Shown here: positions 1 to 10,259 of the stretch, one piece after another
Layout of the letters: each line of letters opens with the position of its first letter
Position numbering within the stretch: the stretch's first letter is position 1
Assembly (NCBI GenBank): GCA_002104945.1
Contig: MCFH01000212.1
Coordinates: 1-16,335 of the forward strand
DNA length: 16,335 bases
Origin: Piromyces finnis finn
Lineage: Eukaryota > Fungi > Neocallimastigomycota
Direction: 5' to 3'
Translations under genes and position numbers: made by a program
Notes under the pieces: generated by a model
Seen by the model: the letters and a program-made list of their open reading frames with translations, nothing else
The model's database searches: none
What the model was told of the DNA's origin: nothing

Positions 1-327
1 ATTTCTCTATTACTTATTCAATAAAATATATCATTTTAACCTTTAAAAAATTATATATAAGGTTAGTATGGTAAAAATTTATAAAAAAATGTATAATAAA
101 TCTAAAATTTATACTTTATTTAATTATATATTTCATTATAATCTAATATATTAATCATTATTACTAATTAATTTTTGAATTTTAACTATTAGATATACTT
201 TTTATATATTATTATATAATATTATATATATTATTAATTCATTTTTTTAAAGTTTTAACCATACTAACCTTATATATAATTTTTAAAGGTTAAAAGATAT
301 ATTTTATTGAATAAGTAATAGAGAAAT
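1..327. mobile_element. Foldback/MITE-like element with ~90 bp imperfect inverted arms (1-91 and 240-327); may extend beyond the window's left edge
   Basis: Bases 1-30 (atttctctattacttattcaataaaatata) are the exact reverse complement of 298-327. The stretch at ~35-91 (ttaacctttaaaaaattatatataaggttagtatggtaaaaa...) pairs with 240-295 with a few mismatches/indels. The interior is non-coding. No target-site duplication can be assessed because the left end is at the window edge. Confidence 0.6.
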
Positions 328-493
328 ATAAAATAAAATAAAAAGAATATTTAAAAAAGTAAATAAAAGTACAATTAGCAAATTGCAAAACACTTTAATT
401 CATTTTTCTTTATTTCGAAATATTTCTTGAATAAATTATAGGTAATATTTGTATATTCTACTCTACTGATAACTCTTCCTCACTCCTACTTTT

Positions 494-539
494 AATTTCG
501 TCGTAATTTATAAGTTTGTCAAAAAATTACGACAAAATT
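494..539. repeat. 16-bp inverted repeat (1 mismatch) with 14-nt loop
   Basis: aatttcgtcgtaattt (494-509) versus aaattacgacaaaatt (524-539). The arms contain GC bases in a very AT-rich background. Confidence 0.7.
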
Positions 540-696
540 ATTTTAGCTTCTAATATTAATGTATATAATTATAAAATTGGGCGTAATGAAAATATATTAA
601 TTATTTAAGAATAAATAAAATATAAACCAAAAATAACATTTTTTCAAAATATTAAATGATGGTGGATGATTTGCAATTATATGAACTATAACTTTC

Positions 697-808
697 ATTA
701 ACAATGTTAAACATTAAATGAGAATAAAAATAAGTAATAAATCAGTTTATTTTATTTTAACATTGTTAATTGTTTTATTACTTATTTTTATTCTCATTTA
801 ATGTTTAA
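697..808. repeat. Compound inverted repeat: perfect 35-bp arms plus a displaced 14-bp inverted copy
   Basis: 707-741 (ttaaacattaaatgagaataaaaataagtaataaa) is the exact reverse complement of 774-808. 697-710 (attaacaatgttaa) is the reverse complement of 757-770. Confidence 0.85.
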
Positions 809-906
809 TGTCAGAATAATATAATGGTTTCTTCCTACTACTAATTATTAATTTACTTTTTTTATATTATTAAAAAAACAATAGTATAATAATATTATTA
901 ATAAAT

Positions 907-949
907 CAAAATATTATTAATTATTAATAATATAATTAATAATATTTTG
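907..949. repeat. 18-bp perfect inverted repeat with 7-nt loop
   Basis: caaaatattattaattat (907-924) versus ataattaataatattttg (932-949). The arms are almost entirely A/T. Confidence 0.6.
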
Positions 950-1230
950 TTATCACTTTATTCAAAATAAATTTTTGATATAATTAAACTTAGTATGGAG
1001 TAATAGGTCCACAAATTCCTATATAAGTATCATTTTTTATGAATTTAATATAACATGTGAAAAAATAAATTAATTATTAATTACATCAAATTAAAAGTAT
1101 AATTATTAAAGTTTAATTACAAAAATTTAAATTTCATAAATAATGAAAATGTCTCAAAAATGAATTTTAATTCTAATGCACTCGGAGTAACAAAAATAGC
1201 ATTTTTTTTTTCATTTTTTACTATTAAATA

Positions 1231-1360
1231 TTAAGTGTTAAATATTATTATGAAAGAGAATAGTATTCCAAAGAAAATCATTATAACTTTAAGTGTAAAC
1301 ATTAGTATGAAAGAGAATAGTGTTAGAAGCATGCTAAAGAATATCATAACTTTAAGTGAA
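1231..1360. repeat. Degenerate tandem duplication, ~58-63 bp unit, about 2 copies
   Basis: ttaagtgt..aaa.atta.tatgaaagagaatagt occurs at 1231 and 1289; ataactttaagtg occurs at 1283 and 1346. Confidence 0.7.
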
Positions 1361-3353
1361 AATAAAAAAAAAAACTTTTTTTTAAAAAAAAATTTTATAA
1401 ATTTAATTTTTTTTAAAAAAGGTAGCTATTTAATTTTTATAATATATATTATAAATATACTCATTAAATATATAATATGTATTACTAATATATAAAATTT
1501 ATAAACATATAACATAAAAATATGAAAAATAATCATAAATTAATATATGATTTATCATAATTCAGCAGTTGATAGAAATTTGAACGTTGGGATTATTTGT
1601 AAATTATAAATAGTTCAATCACTACCTTCATCATGCATGCATTGCATATTTTTCTATTTAATTATATTAAAACCATTATTATTTCTGGAAAATATTAATT
1701 AAAACCCTATTTTCATTATTAAATCTAATTATAAATAATTATAAATACCAATTTTTATTTTTAGTAATTTTAATTTAATTCAGGGTACTTTATCTTTTAA
1801 AATATCCTTTTAATTCCTCTTTGGTGGAAATTTTTCCATGAATAGGGGTCTTTCTTTCATAGAAAAAATTATTATTTGAAGATAACTAAGAAATTCTTAT
1901 TTTTTCCTTATAATTTTAAATGGTTAAAATATAAATTGAATATAGTTTATTTACAATAGAAATAGATAAATAGCCTAATTTGATAGTAAATCAAAGTTTT
2001 GAATTTATCATATATTTACTATTTATAATTTCATTATCATTTGATAGAAAAAGTTAATTCAATAATAAAATAGAATGATTCTATTTCCTAATATATTAAA
2101 ATATATTTTATCCATATATTATATATATTATGTTAGAATAAATTATTAATATAATCTAATAAATAAACCTAATATATTTGTATTACTTTAACAAAATATA
2201 TTAATGAATTAGATTATGATAAAATATATTAAATTAATATATTTCAAATGTAATATAATTTTTATTAAAATAAATAATATAAATTAACTAATTATATTTT
2301 TTTTAATTTTTAATATATAAGAAAAGTTTACAAATAACCCATATTAATTAATTATCACCAACTTTTTTAGTAATAAAATTCAATAGAATTTATTTTATGT
2401 ATATTTAATAATATATAGTAATATATACTATTTTATATAATAATATATTTTATATAGAATAAACCATAATATATAGATTTTTAAAAAAAAAAAAAGAGGT
2501 TGATAAAGAATAATATAATAAGTTAGCATAATATATTTATTTACTATTAATAAAAGTCAATTTAAAATATATTAATACTAATTAAAATAGATTAATAAAT
2601 AGATTATTACAGGAATAATAATACAAACAAGATTATATTCCTAATAAATAAAATTCTATTGAAACTATTGAATTTTATATATATTACAGTTACATTTTAT
2701 TTTTTTTCCTGCTCGCTTTTTTCCACTTATTTATAAAACCCAATAATGTAATAATTATTGTTTAATATCATTCTTTTATTAGTTAATAAATATAAATTAA
2801 TTAATATAGAAACAATTCATTGTAAATATATTATGATATCATTAATACCAATAAGTTTTAATTCTTATTGTAAAACTTTAAATTTTTTAATTAAATTGAT
2901 GAAATAAAAAAAATAAATAAAAATTGTGGAAAATTTATTGAATATAAAAGGAAAAGGTTTTACCTTTCTATTCTTTTAAAAAGATAATTTTATAAACTCT
3001 TAAAGAAAAAAAATAAAATTTTATTCTTTTATATTTTCAATGTTCAATTATTTTATAATTGTAATATTCAATGTTAAAGTTTTACATATAAATAATTCAA
3101 AGTAAAAAAAAATATATATATATATTTTATATCTTTATTTCAACCGCCGTTGTATCATATTTTAGAATTTAAAGTAACTGTATAAAATTTGTATTTAGTA
3201 TGAGTATATTGTAAAAAAGTATATCGTAATACAAATATAAAATTGAAACGAATTAACCTGAAGATAAATATTAAAGTTAACAACATACCTTTAAAAAATA
3301 TTTACCATCAACAATATAAAACTATAATACTATCCTATCCTATATAATATAAA

Positions 3354-4044
3354 ATGGACTTTTTCTTAAACTGGTGTATTAATTGTGGAAAATGCAGTGA
3401 AGTAAATATCCTAACTATAAATTTATCATTATTTAAATAAATGAATTTCTTTTTTTTTTTACCATATACTAATAATTAATATAATTTTTTAATAGTATTT
3501 ATACTGCTGTAAAGAATGTCGTTTAAACGATTTAAAAAAGAAAAGTTCTATTGTAAATGATAATAATTATACCCTCGAATTTAAAAATCGTAAACACTCA
3601 CATCCTTTCTGTAATGTAAAAAGTACTACAGTTGTTAATAGAAGATCATCATCGCCATTTATAAATATTCCTCCATCAACAAAATCACAAAATTTAAGTG
3701 GTTCTGAGAGCTCATATAATACTAATAATGAATATTCTAATATGTTAATGATATCAATAATGAAGACAGATATGCCATCAGTATATTCTTCACCACCAAA
3801 AGAATCAAAATCACCTGTATCACAGAGACCACGTTATTATATTCAAACTTTTCATGATAATGAAAATGCTTTTCAAACTAAACCAACACAACTTTTATCA
3901 CCATTAAGTGAAAAAGATAATATGGAATATGAAAATACATCAAATGTTTTCACAATTAATCAAGTGTTTTCAGAAGAAGAAGTTAATGAAAATTCCAATC
4001 GTTGGTATTGGTCAAGTAGTGATGATGAAGATGATGATGAATAA
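3354..4044 (+). CDS. ecl1: Ecl1-family (life-span regulatory factor, zf) protein; two exons 3354-3401 and 3496-4044, 198 aa
   Basis: ATG at 3354 follows aaa. Exon 1 encodes MDFFLNWCINCGKCSE. The intron runs 3402-3495 (GTAAAT...tactaat...TAG). Exon 2 begins YLYCCKECRLNDLKK and stays in frame through the 3742-4044 ORF to an acidic tail (WYWSSSDDEDDDE). The N-terminal F..wC..C.K...lYC..eCR..D pattern matches the Ecl1 domain as I recall it. The symbol denotes family, not proven orthology. Confidence 0.75.
3402..3495 (+). other. Spliceosomal intron (94 nt)
   Basis: GTAAAT donor, T-rich tract, tactaat branch-like motif and AATAG acceptor. Removing it joins the Cys motifs in frame. Confidence 0.8.
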
Positions 4045-4757
4045 ACAAATAAATGTAAAATAAAGAAAAATAAATATTATTTTTTTTGGGGATTTTTCTT
4101 TCCTTTGTACTTTTTTTATTTTGAACTATATCGCAAAAAAGACTCAATTTAATAATCTATAATATAAAAATGAATACCCAATTATATTATTAAAAAGAAA
4201 TGCAAAGAAGGAAAAAAAAATAGAGATTAGAATAGATGTACAATAGGTATAATGAGAAAAAAATAGAGATTCAATTTAAAAAAAAAAAAATTCTATCTAA
4301 AGTTTTAAAACATATATACATAAAGAAATTTTAATTTATTAAACTATATAATCACATATCATATATTATCATAATTTATCGCAAATAACTACTATATATA
4401 ATTCTAAAAAAAAAAAAATATTTATATATATAATAAAGAAATTATTTATTATAAAAATATAATATAGTTTTTTTTTTTTTTTGTGTATTTATTGTTTAGT
4501 ATATTGTGTTTTTTATTACTTTTTTTTTTAAATGCATGCTTTTAAAAATTAACATATACATATATAGAATATTACTAGTAATGTATATTATACATATTAT
4601 AATGAATCATGCTTTTAATATAAATTTGTTAATTCTTTATAATAACGAAATTACAATATTGAATTCCAATTTTAAAAATAATTATTTAAATAATAACAAA
4701 ACAAATAAATAAATATAAAATTTAAAAAAATAATTTTATGTGATAGTATCTTACTAA

Positions 4758-5159
4758 CTAAAAAATCATATAAATAGAATTATTTTTGAAAGATGAATAG
4801 ATAGATCCATCTAAATTTATTTTTAATAATAAATAAGGTTTATTAATGATAGTTGATTTTAATATTTCTATGGATGCTTTACATGGATAATAATCTTCAT
4901 TATCCCATACATCACACCATAGATAATAACTTTTTTTATTGTTTTCATTCATAATACTATAGTGATATGCAGTTATATTTTTAATATTCTTACATAAAAA
5001 AGAAAATGATGGTAGTGTATTGTATAATTCATCATTATCTTTTATTATTGGTATTGTTGGTATTATTTCTGAATAAATCGATCTCCATAAATATACCTTT
5101 TCATCTGGAAATTCCTTTTCTGTTATTAAAACTGTTTTATTATCTGAAACATGAAACAT
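4758..5159 (-). CDS. ORF (133 aa); probable C-terminal part of the same protein
   Basis: ATG at 5159 overlaps the upstream ORF's end by 20 bp. The protein-like composition includes W, C, P and D. The frame is open for 5 codons upstream of the ATG (INTLNN-M). Confidence 0.6.
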   Translation of the reverse strand: MFHVSDNKTVLITEKEFPDEKVYLWRSIYSEIIPTIPIIKDNDELYNTLPSFSFLCKNIKNITAYHYSIMNENNKKSYYLWCDVWDNEDYYPCKASIEILKSTIINKPYLLLKINLDGSIYSSFKNNSIYMIF

Positions 5160-6231
5160 ATTGTTTAATGTATTTATTTAATTTAGCATTATCTATGATT
5201 GAAATTGAATTTTTTTTAAACATAGAAAATATAGCTTGTACAAAATCATTATTAATATTGAACAAACTCTTATCTGAACTTACTACATATTCATATCTAT
5301 AATTAGTAAGTGTAAATAATTTACATGTATTTAACATTATTATTAAAAAGGGAAAAGAAGAATTACAATTGTAGACATAATCAAAAACACAATATGGATA
5401 TATATTCATATTATTATCTACTGAAAAAGATAGTATATTAATATCATTGTAATTGTAATTTTCATTTATTAGTTTTAATTGTTTATTCTTAAACTTTTCT
5501 TTTATCCAATTTATTAATTCATGTTGACTAGGAATATTAATGTATTTATTACATTTAGAACATATTATAAATTTATTATTTATTTCTGGAATATCAAAAT
5601 ATTGTCTATATAAACCTTGTAATTCATAGCCATAAGATATAAATAAATTGGAAGGAAATTTTCCTTTACAATGTTTGTCTAGTTTATATGCTATATTAAA
5701 GTAAACATATTTTTCTTTTTCTTTTTTTTTGTACTTTCTTATCACTTTAACACATTTAAGAACAAGATTTGATTCTGATTCTGAATCAAATAATAACTTT
5801 TTATCATGAAATACAAAGTTATTATCAGTAGAATTTTTATTTGTTGAAAGAATAATTTTATATCCTGAATTTTCTGGTGATCTATAATAATTATTATTCC
5901 ACTGTACATATGGTATATTATTCTTAATACATTCTTCTTTATCAGCAATTACTGGTAATACTTTATCCTTATTATTAAAATATCTAGTATAATATTTTCC
6001 AAATAATCGATTATAATTTATTTTTAATGGAATATTTAATATTTTATTTTTTTGATTATAACTTATATGAAAATCAATATATAATAAATAAAGATAATTT
6101 AATATTATTTTAACAATCATATACATATACCATTCTAATTCTTGAAATTGGATAATTTCTGTAAAATGTTTATATTTGTTATATAGTTTCATATTTAATG
6201 ATTGATTAAAGATATTTATTGTATATACCAA
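5140..6231 (-). CDS. Intronless ORF (363 aa from TTG, 350 aa from ATG at 6192); probable central part of the same protein
   Basis: Open frame over 1 kb. Contains YYTRYFNNKDKVLPVI, NNYYRSP, YFNIAYKLDKHCKGKFP and a CxxC (CSKC). The family assignment is tentative. Confidence 0.75.
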   Translation of the reverse strand: MVYTINIFNQSLNMKLYNKYKHFTEIIQFQELEWYMYMIVKIILNYLYLLYIDFHISYNQKNKILNIPLKINYNRLFGKYYTRYFNNKDKVLPVIADKEECIKNNIPYVQWNNNYYRSPENSGYKIILSTNKNSTDNNFVFHDKKLLFDSESESNLVLKCVKVIRKYKKKEKEKYVYFNIAYKLDKHCKGKFPSNLFISYGYELQGLYRQYFDIPEINNKFIICSKCNKYINIPSQHELINWIKEKFKNKQLKLINENYNYNDINILSFSVDNNMNIYPYCVFDYVYNCNSSFPFLIIMLNTCKLFTLTNYRYEYVVSSDKSLFNINNDFVQAIFSMFKKNSISIIDNAKLNKYIKQYVSCFR

Positions 6232-7031
6232 TTTTTCTTTATTTTTATTATATCTTCATTTTCATTAGTATATATATAAGGATATAAAGCATTATCATAT
6301 AACAACAAATCAAACAGTTGGAAATTTATAGCTATTGGATAAGTAAAAGAAACAATACTTGGTTTAAATCTAATTAGTATTTGGTCTCTTGAATAATTTA
6401 AACACGGTAATAATTTACAAATAATATTATCATAGGTATCTCTTTCATAAAATGTTATTTTATTTCCAGTGATTCTTATACTATCATGACAACATTTAAT
6501 AATTATGAAATTATCTGAATCTTTAATATTCTTATTTTTATCTTCTGCAATTAACACTTGATTATATTGATACATTTCAGTATACCTTTTATTAAAGTAA
6601 TGATAGTAATTTATTCTTTTGATAAAAGCAGTTACATATTGACAAGTATTTGGTAATTTTAACTTTATTATTTTATTATAAATATCTTTAAGTGTATATG
6701 AAGGTATATTTATAGATATATAATAATTTGTTTTTGTTATATCTTTCAAATCAAAATTATATTTAAATATTTTTTCATTGCATATTTTTTCAAAAGTATT
6801 AATAAGTAAAAAATTATTCAGATTGTCATTTATATTATTATTGTTATATTTAATACCATTACTATATTCAATATATTCAATAGTATATTTATCTTTAGTA
6901 AGATTATTACAATTAATAATACTTATTCCTTCAAAAAATGAAAAATATTCATTATTAATTATTATTTTATGTTTATTAGATAAACATTTTTCACTTTGTA
7001 ATAAATTACGGATTAATTGAATAATATTCAT
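6216..7031 (-). CDS. Intronless ORF (271 aa); probable N-terminal part of a ~750-aa protein with weak VETF-large-subunit-like motifs
   Basis: An 816-bp open frame with ATG at 7031 is far longer than expected by chance at this AT content. It is N/I/K/Y-rich. The next ORF's frame is already open ~40 nt before this stop, across A-runs. Confidence 0.7.
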   Translation of the reverse strand: MNIIQLIRNLLQSEKCLSNKHKIIINNEYFSFFEGISIINCNNLTKDKYTIEYIEYSNGIKYNNNNINDNLNNFLLINTFEKICNEKIFKYNFDLKDITKTNYYISINIPSYTLKDIYNKIIKLKLPNTCQYVTAFIKRINYYHYFNKRYTEMYQYNQVLIAEDKNKNIKDSDNFIIIKCCHDSIRITGNKITFYERDTYDNIICKLLPCLNYSRDQILIRFKPSIVSFTYPIAINFQLFDLLLYDNALYPYIYTNENEDIIKIKKNWYIQ

Positions 7032-7231
7032 TATTTATTAATCAAAATTTTTAAATAATACTATTTTTTTATTAAAATTTTAAAAATATTATTTATCATT
7101 TTATATTTATATTTAAATAATCAAAATATATTTATTAGATAAATTTAATACAACTAAAAAGTGATAAATTATTGAAATTTCAAAACAATAATTTTAAGAT
7201 TTATTATATATATATATATAAATGATAAAAA

Positions 7232-7907
7232 TTATTTTTTATATTTATTCTTATAACAACAAAATAAAATTATTATAATTATAATAAATATTATAAATAT
7301 AAAAGAATAAAAAAAGGATTTCACCATAGCAACCATTGACTCTTCACTAGCAGAAGGACCATTACTTTGTTTTTGACATATATTATCCATACAGTTTTTA
7401 GAAGAACAATCATCATTTTTTATACAATAATCACCTTTTGGCTTACCACAGTACATATATGAACTTCTATCATTAAATATAAAAAGGTTTTATATATACA
7501 TCATCACAATGATCTATTGGATTTTCTTCATTAAACATGCAAAAATTATTAAAACATTTATTCGATAAACATTCTGAATCATTTTTGCACGTATTATAAG
7601 TATAATTTCCATAGTCATCACATGTTTTATCACTACATTTACCAGATATAATATTATCATAAGAACATGTGTAAGTTATATATTTTATCATAGTTCCATT
7701 TTCATTTGGAATTTCAATAACTCTGTCAAAGTATTCATTATGTACTAAAACACAAATATCATTTTTACAATAAAAACTAATATAATATTCATTTGTAATA
7801 TTTAATACTTCTTTTTTTGTTAGTATATCACCTTCTTTATAAGAATTAACAAATTGAATAATTGAAATAATATATAAATATGTAACTAAATAACTAAAAT
7901 TGTACAT
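7232..7907 (-). CDS. Cys-rich type I membrane protein (signal peptide, two CxxDxxCxSxxCxxxxC modules, C-terminal TM); ~224 aa after correcting one +1 indel at ~7481-7485
   Basis: The 144-aa and 74-aa ORFs join by removing one T in a T5 run: ...DVYIKPF-IFNDRSSYMYCGK... Signal-like MYNFSYLVTYLYIISIIQFVNS; modules CKNDSECLSNKCFNNFC and CIKNDDCSSKNCMDNIC; GPSASEES linker; hydrophobic FFYSFIFIIFIIIIIILFCC followed by basic KNKYKK. Resembles an expanded uncharacterised family I recall from anaerobic gut fungi. Confidence 0.8.
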
Positions 7908-7988
7908 TATTTATATTTTAATTATTTATTTTTATTATAAAAGATCATAAATCATTTTAATATAAAAAATTTTTAAATAAAAAAATAA

Positions 7989-8330
7989 AATATTTTTCAT
8001 ACTCTATTATTAAGTTTTAATATTAAAATATTTAATAAAGACTTCTTTTCAATATTTATAATATTAATCCTTAGTCTAAATTCAGCTAATGTCAATATTA
8101 ATTCCAATTTTATTAGTATTAAAGCTAATTCAGTCACTGCCACTGATTGGATGCCTTATATTGATGATTTAACAAAATTAATCAAAATTTTTATTAAAGT
8201 GTACAGAAACAATTATTATTCATTTTACAACATTCAAATGACGTATTCAAAGACAGAAATGAATTTGGATATGTTATTAATAATATGGCTTTTTCAAATA
8301 ATACATTAATTACAAATACAATAAATAAAT
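7989..8330 (+). pseudogene. Possible gene fragment with a hydrophobic signal-like segment
   Basis: Stop-free frame 7989-8309 (…FFSIFIILILSLNSANVNINSNFISIKANSVTATDWMPYIDDLTKLIK…) with locally higher GC and coding-like codons. No upstream ATG and no recognised family. Confidence 0.25.
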
Positions 8331-8724
8331 AAACAATATCATAAAGATTTTTATAATATTTTTTAAAAATTTTGTCTTTAATAAATAAAATTGATTTTTA
8401 TTATTAAAGAATTTTTATCTTTAAAAAATCAAAAGATTTGTTTTATATAATTAAATTCATAAGATTATAAAATTAAAAACTCTTTTTCTTAATAAAATAT
8501 TATTGACATAATTCATCTATTTTTTTTTTTTTTAAATATATTTAGTACTTTTAAAATTCGATGATATTTCAGTATTAATTAAATAATTTAAAATCTTTTG
8601 ATTTAATGAAATCTTAAATATATAAAAGTTTAATCTCGATTTTATTATTGTTTTTTATATATAAAATTTTAATTAATATGGATTTTTATAGTTTCTATTC
8701 ATTAATAAAAAAAAAAAGATGTGG

Positions 8725-8766
8725 TAATAATAATAATAATAATACTTATTAATAATAATAATAAAC

Positions 8767-8805
<39 letters not shown>

Positions 8806-8836
8806 GTAATAGTAATATTAATATTAATATTAATAT
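8725..8836. repeat. (TAA)n microsatellite, degenerate at the 3' end
   Basis: Direct reading: taataataa... interrupted by tac/aac, ending in tagtaa/attaat variants. Confidence 0.9.
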
Positions 8837-9953
8837 AATTTAATCATCAAGTTTCGTCATGTTCTATAAAACTTGGAATAATTCCTCCATACTTTATAAA
8901 TAAATTACTTTTATTAAAAAAAAATTATAAACAGGTTTTTTTTAAAAAGATTATTGAATCTTTTTGATCACAGTTTTTTATCTTTTTCATCCCTAATTTT
9001 ATAATTGTGTTAATAATAGGATGTTGTATCTACATTTTAGTATTTCATAGGTATGACAAGTATTACAAATTTTTAAAAATTATTATTTTAACTTTAATTT
9101 TTTTTTTTTAATATTATTATGTTACTGTTTTTTTTTTTTTTTTATTTTATTAAATATTTATTCTTTATGATACACCTTCAAAACTTTTTTGACTTTATGT
9201 ATATATATATAATTAATTAATCAAGGGTTCATAATCACCAAGGTTCATATTAAATATTTAAAAATGTTGAAACTTTTTTATTTATTTTCAATATTATTAA
9301 ATTTTTTCATTATTTCACCATTAAAATTGATACAAAAATAAAAACTATGGCTATATATATACTCCTATTCTATTTTTATCAATAAATAAATATAAATGTA
9401 AAATTCAATATCATCAAAAATAGTCAATAATAATTTAATTATTCATAGTGGATGGACAATGCATCATCATTTTTTTATATATATATCTTTATTTCAAAAT
9501 AAATTTAAAAATAGTTTAAGAGATATTTAATTATAAAATAAGTGAAGTTTACTATATCTTTATTTTATATTGAATACCTCTTAAACCATTTTTATTAATT
9601 ATAGAATTATAGTAAAAAAAAAAAAAAAAACATATTATATAATTAATAATTTTTTCAATAATACTTTATAATAGTTATATATAATTTAATAATTAATGTG
9701 ATTTTCCCTTTATCCTTATTTAAATATTAATTCAAAACAATAATTATATCTTAGTTATGAGTCTTAATATAATTTCTATTCATTTTCATTTGTTAAAATT
9801 TAGAAACTTTAGAACTCATACTATTTATTTATTGCCATAGAGATGAAAAGAAGGAATAAGTAACTCTAGAAATAATAAAGATAAAATAAGGTCATAGGCC
9901 ATATCATCAATAATAATGATTTAATGATTTATTTTTTAATTTGTAGTTAATAG

Positions 9954-10259
<306 letters not shown>

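Noticed and set aside
1235-1495. 86-aa ORF
   Set aside because: It starts at GTG, is built from a tandem duplication plus A/T homopolymers, and has a low-complexity I/K/N/F composition.
1560-1900. Short GC-richer patches with coding-like minus-strand peptides (MQCMHDEGSD; YERKTPIHGKISTKEELKGYF)
   Set aside because: Too short and stop-interrupted to assign. They may be decayed gene or transposon remnants.
4506-4712. 68-aa ORF
   Set aside because: Non-ATG start, begins after a poly-T run and has only AT-rich codons; likely a chance ORF in 3' flanking DNA.
5006-5302. 98-aa + strand ORF (also 5742-5948 - and 6778-7020 +)
   Set aside because: These are antisense or alternate-frame shadows of the longer minus-strand ORFs.
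7029-7040. TAAAT motif before the ATG as a poxvirus-like late promoter
   Set aside because: The same AAATAATG context precedes the host-type gene at 7907 and is trivial at this AT content, so it gives no support for viral origin.
8845-9070. Minus-strand peptides ICNTCHTYE and FIKYGGIIPSFIEHDET
   Set aside because: No sustained ORF or recognisable family; cannot be distinguished from chance.
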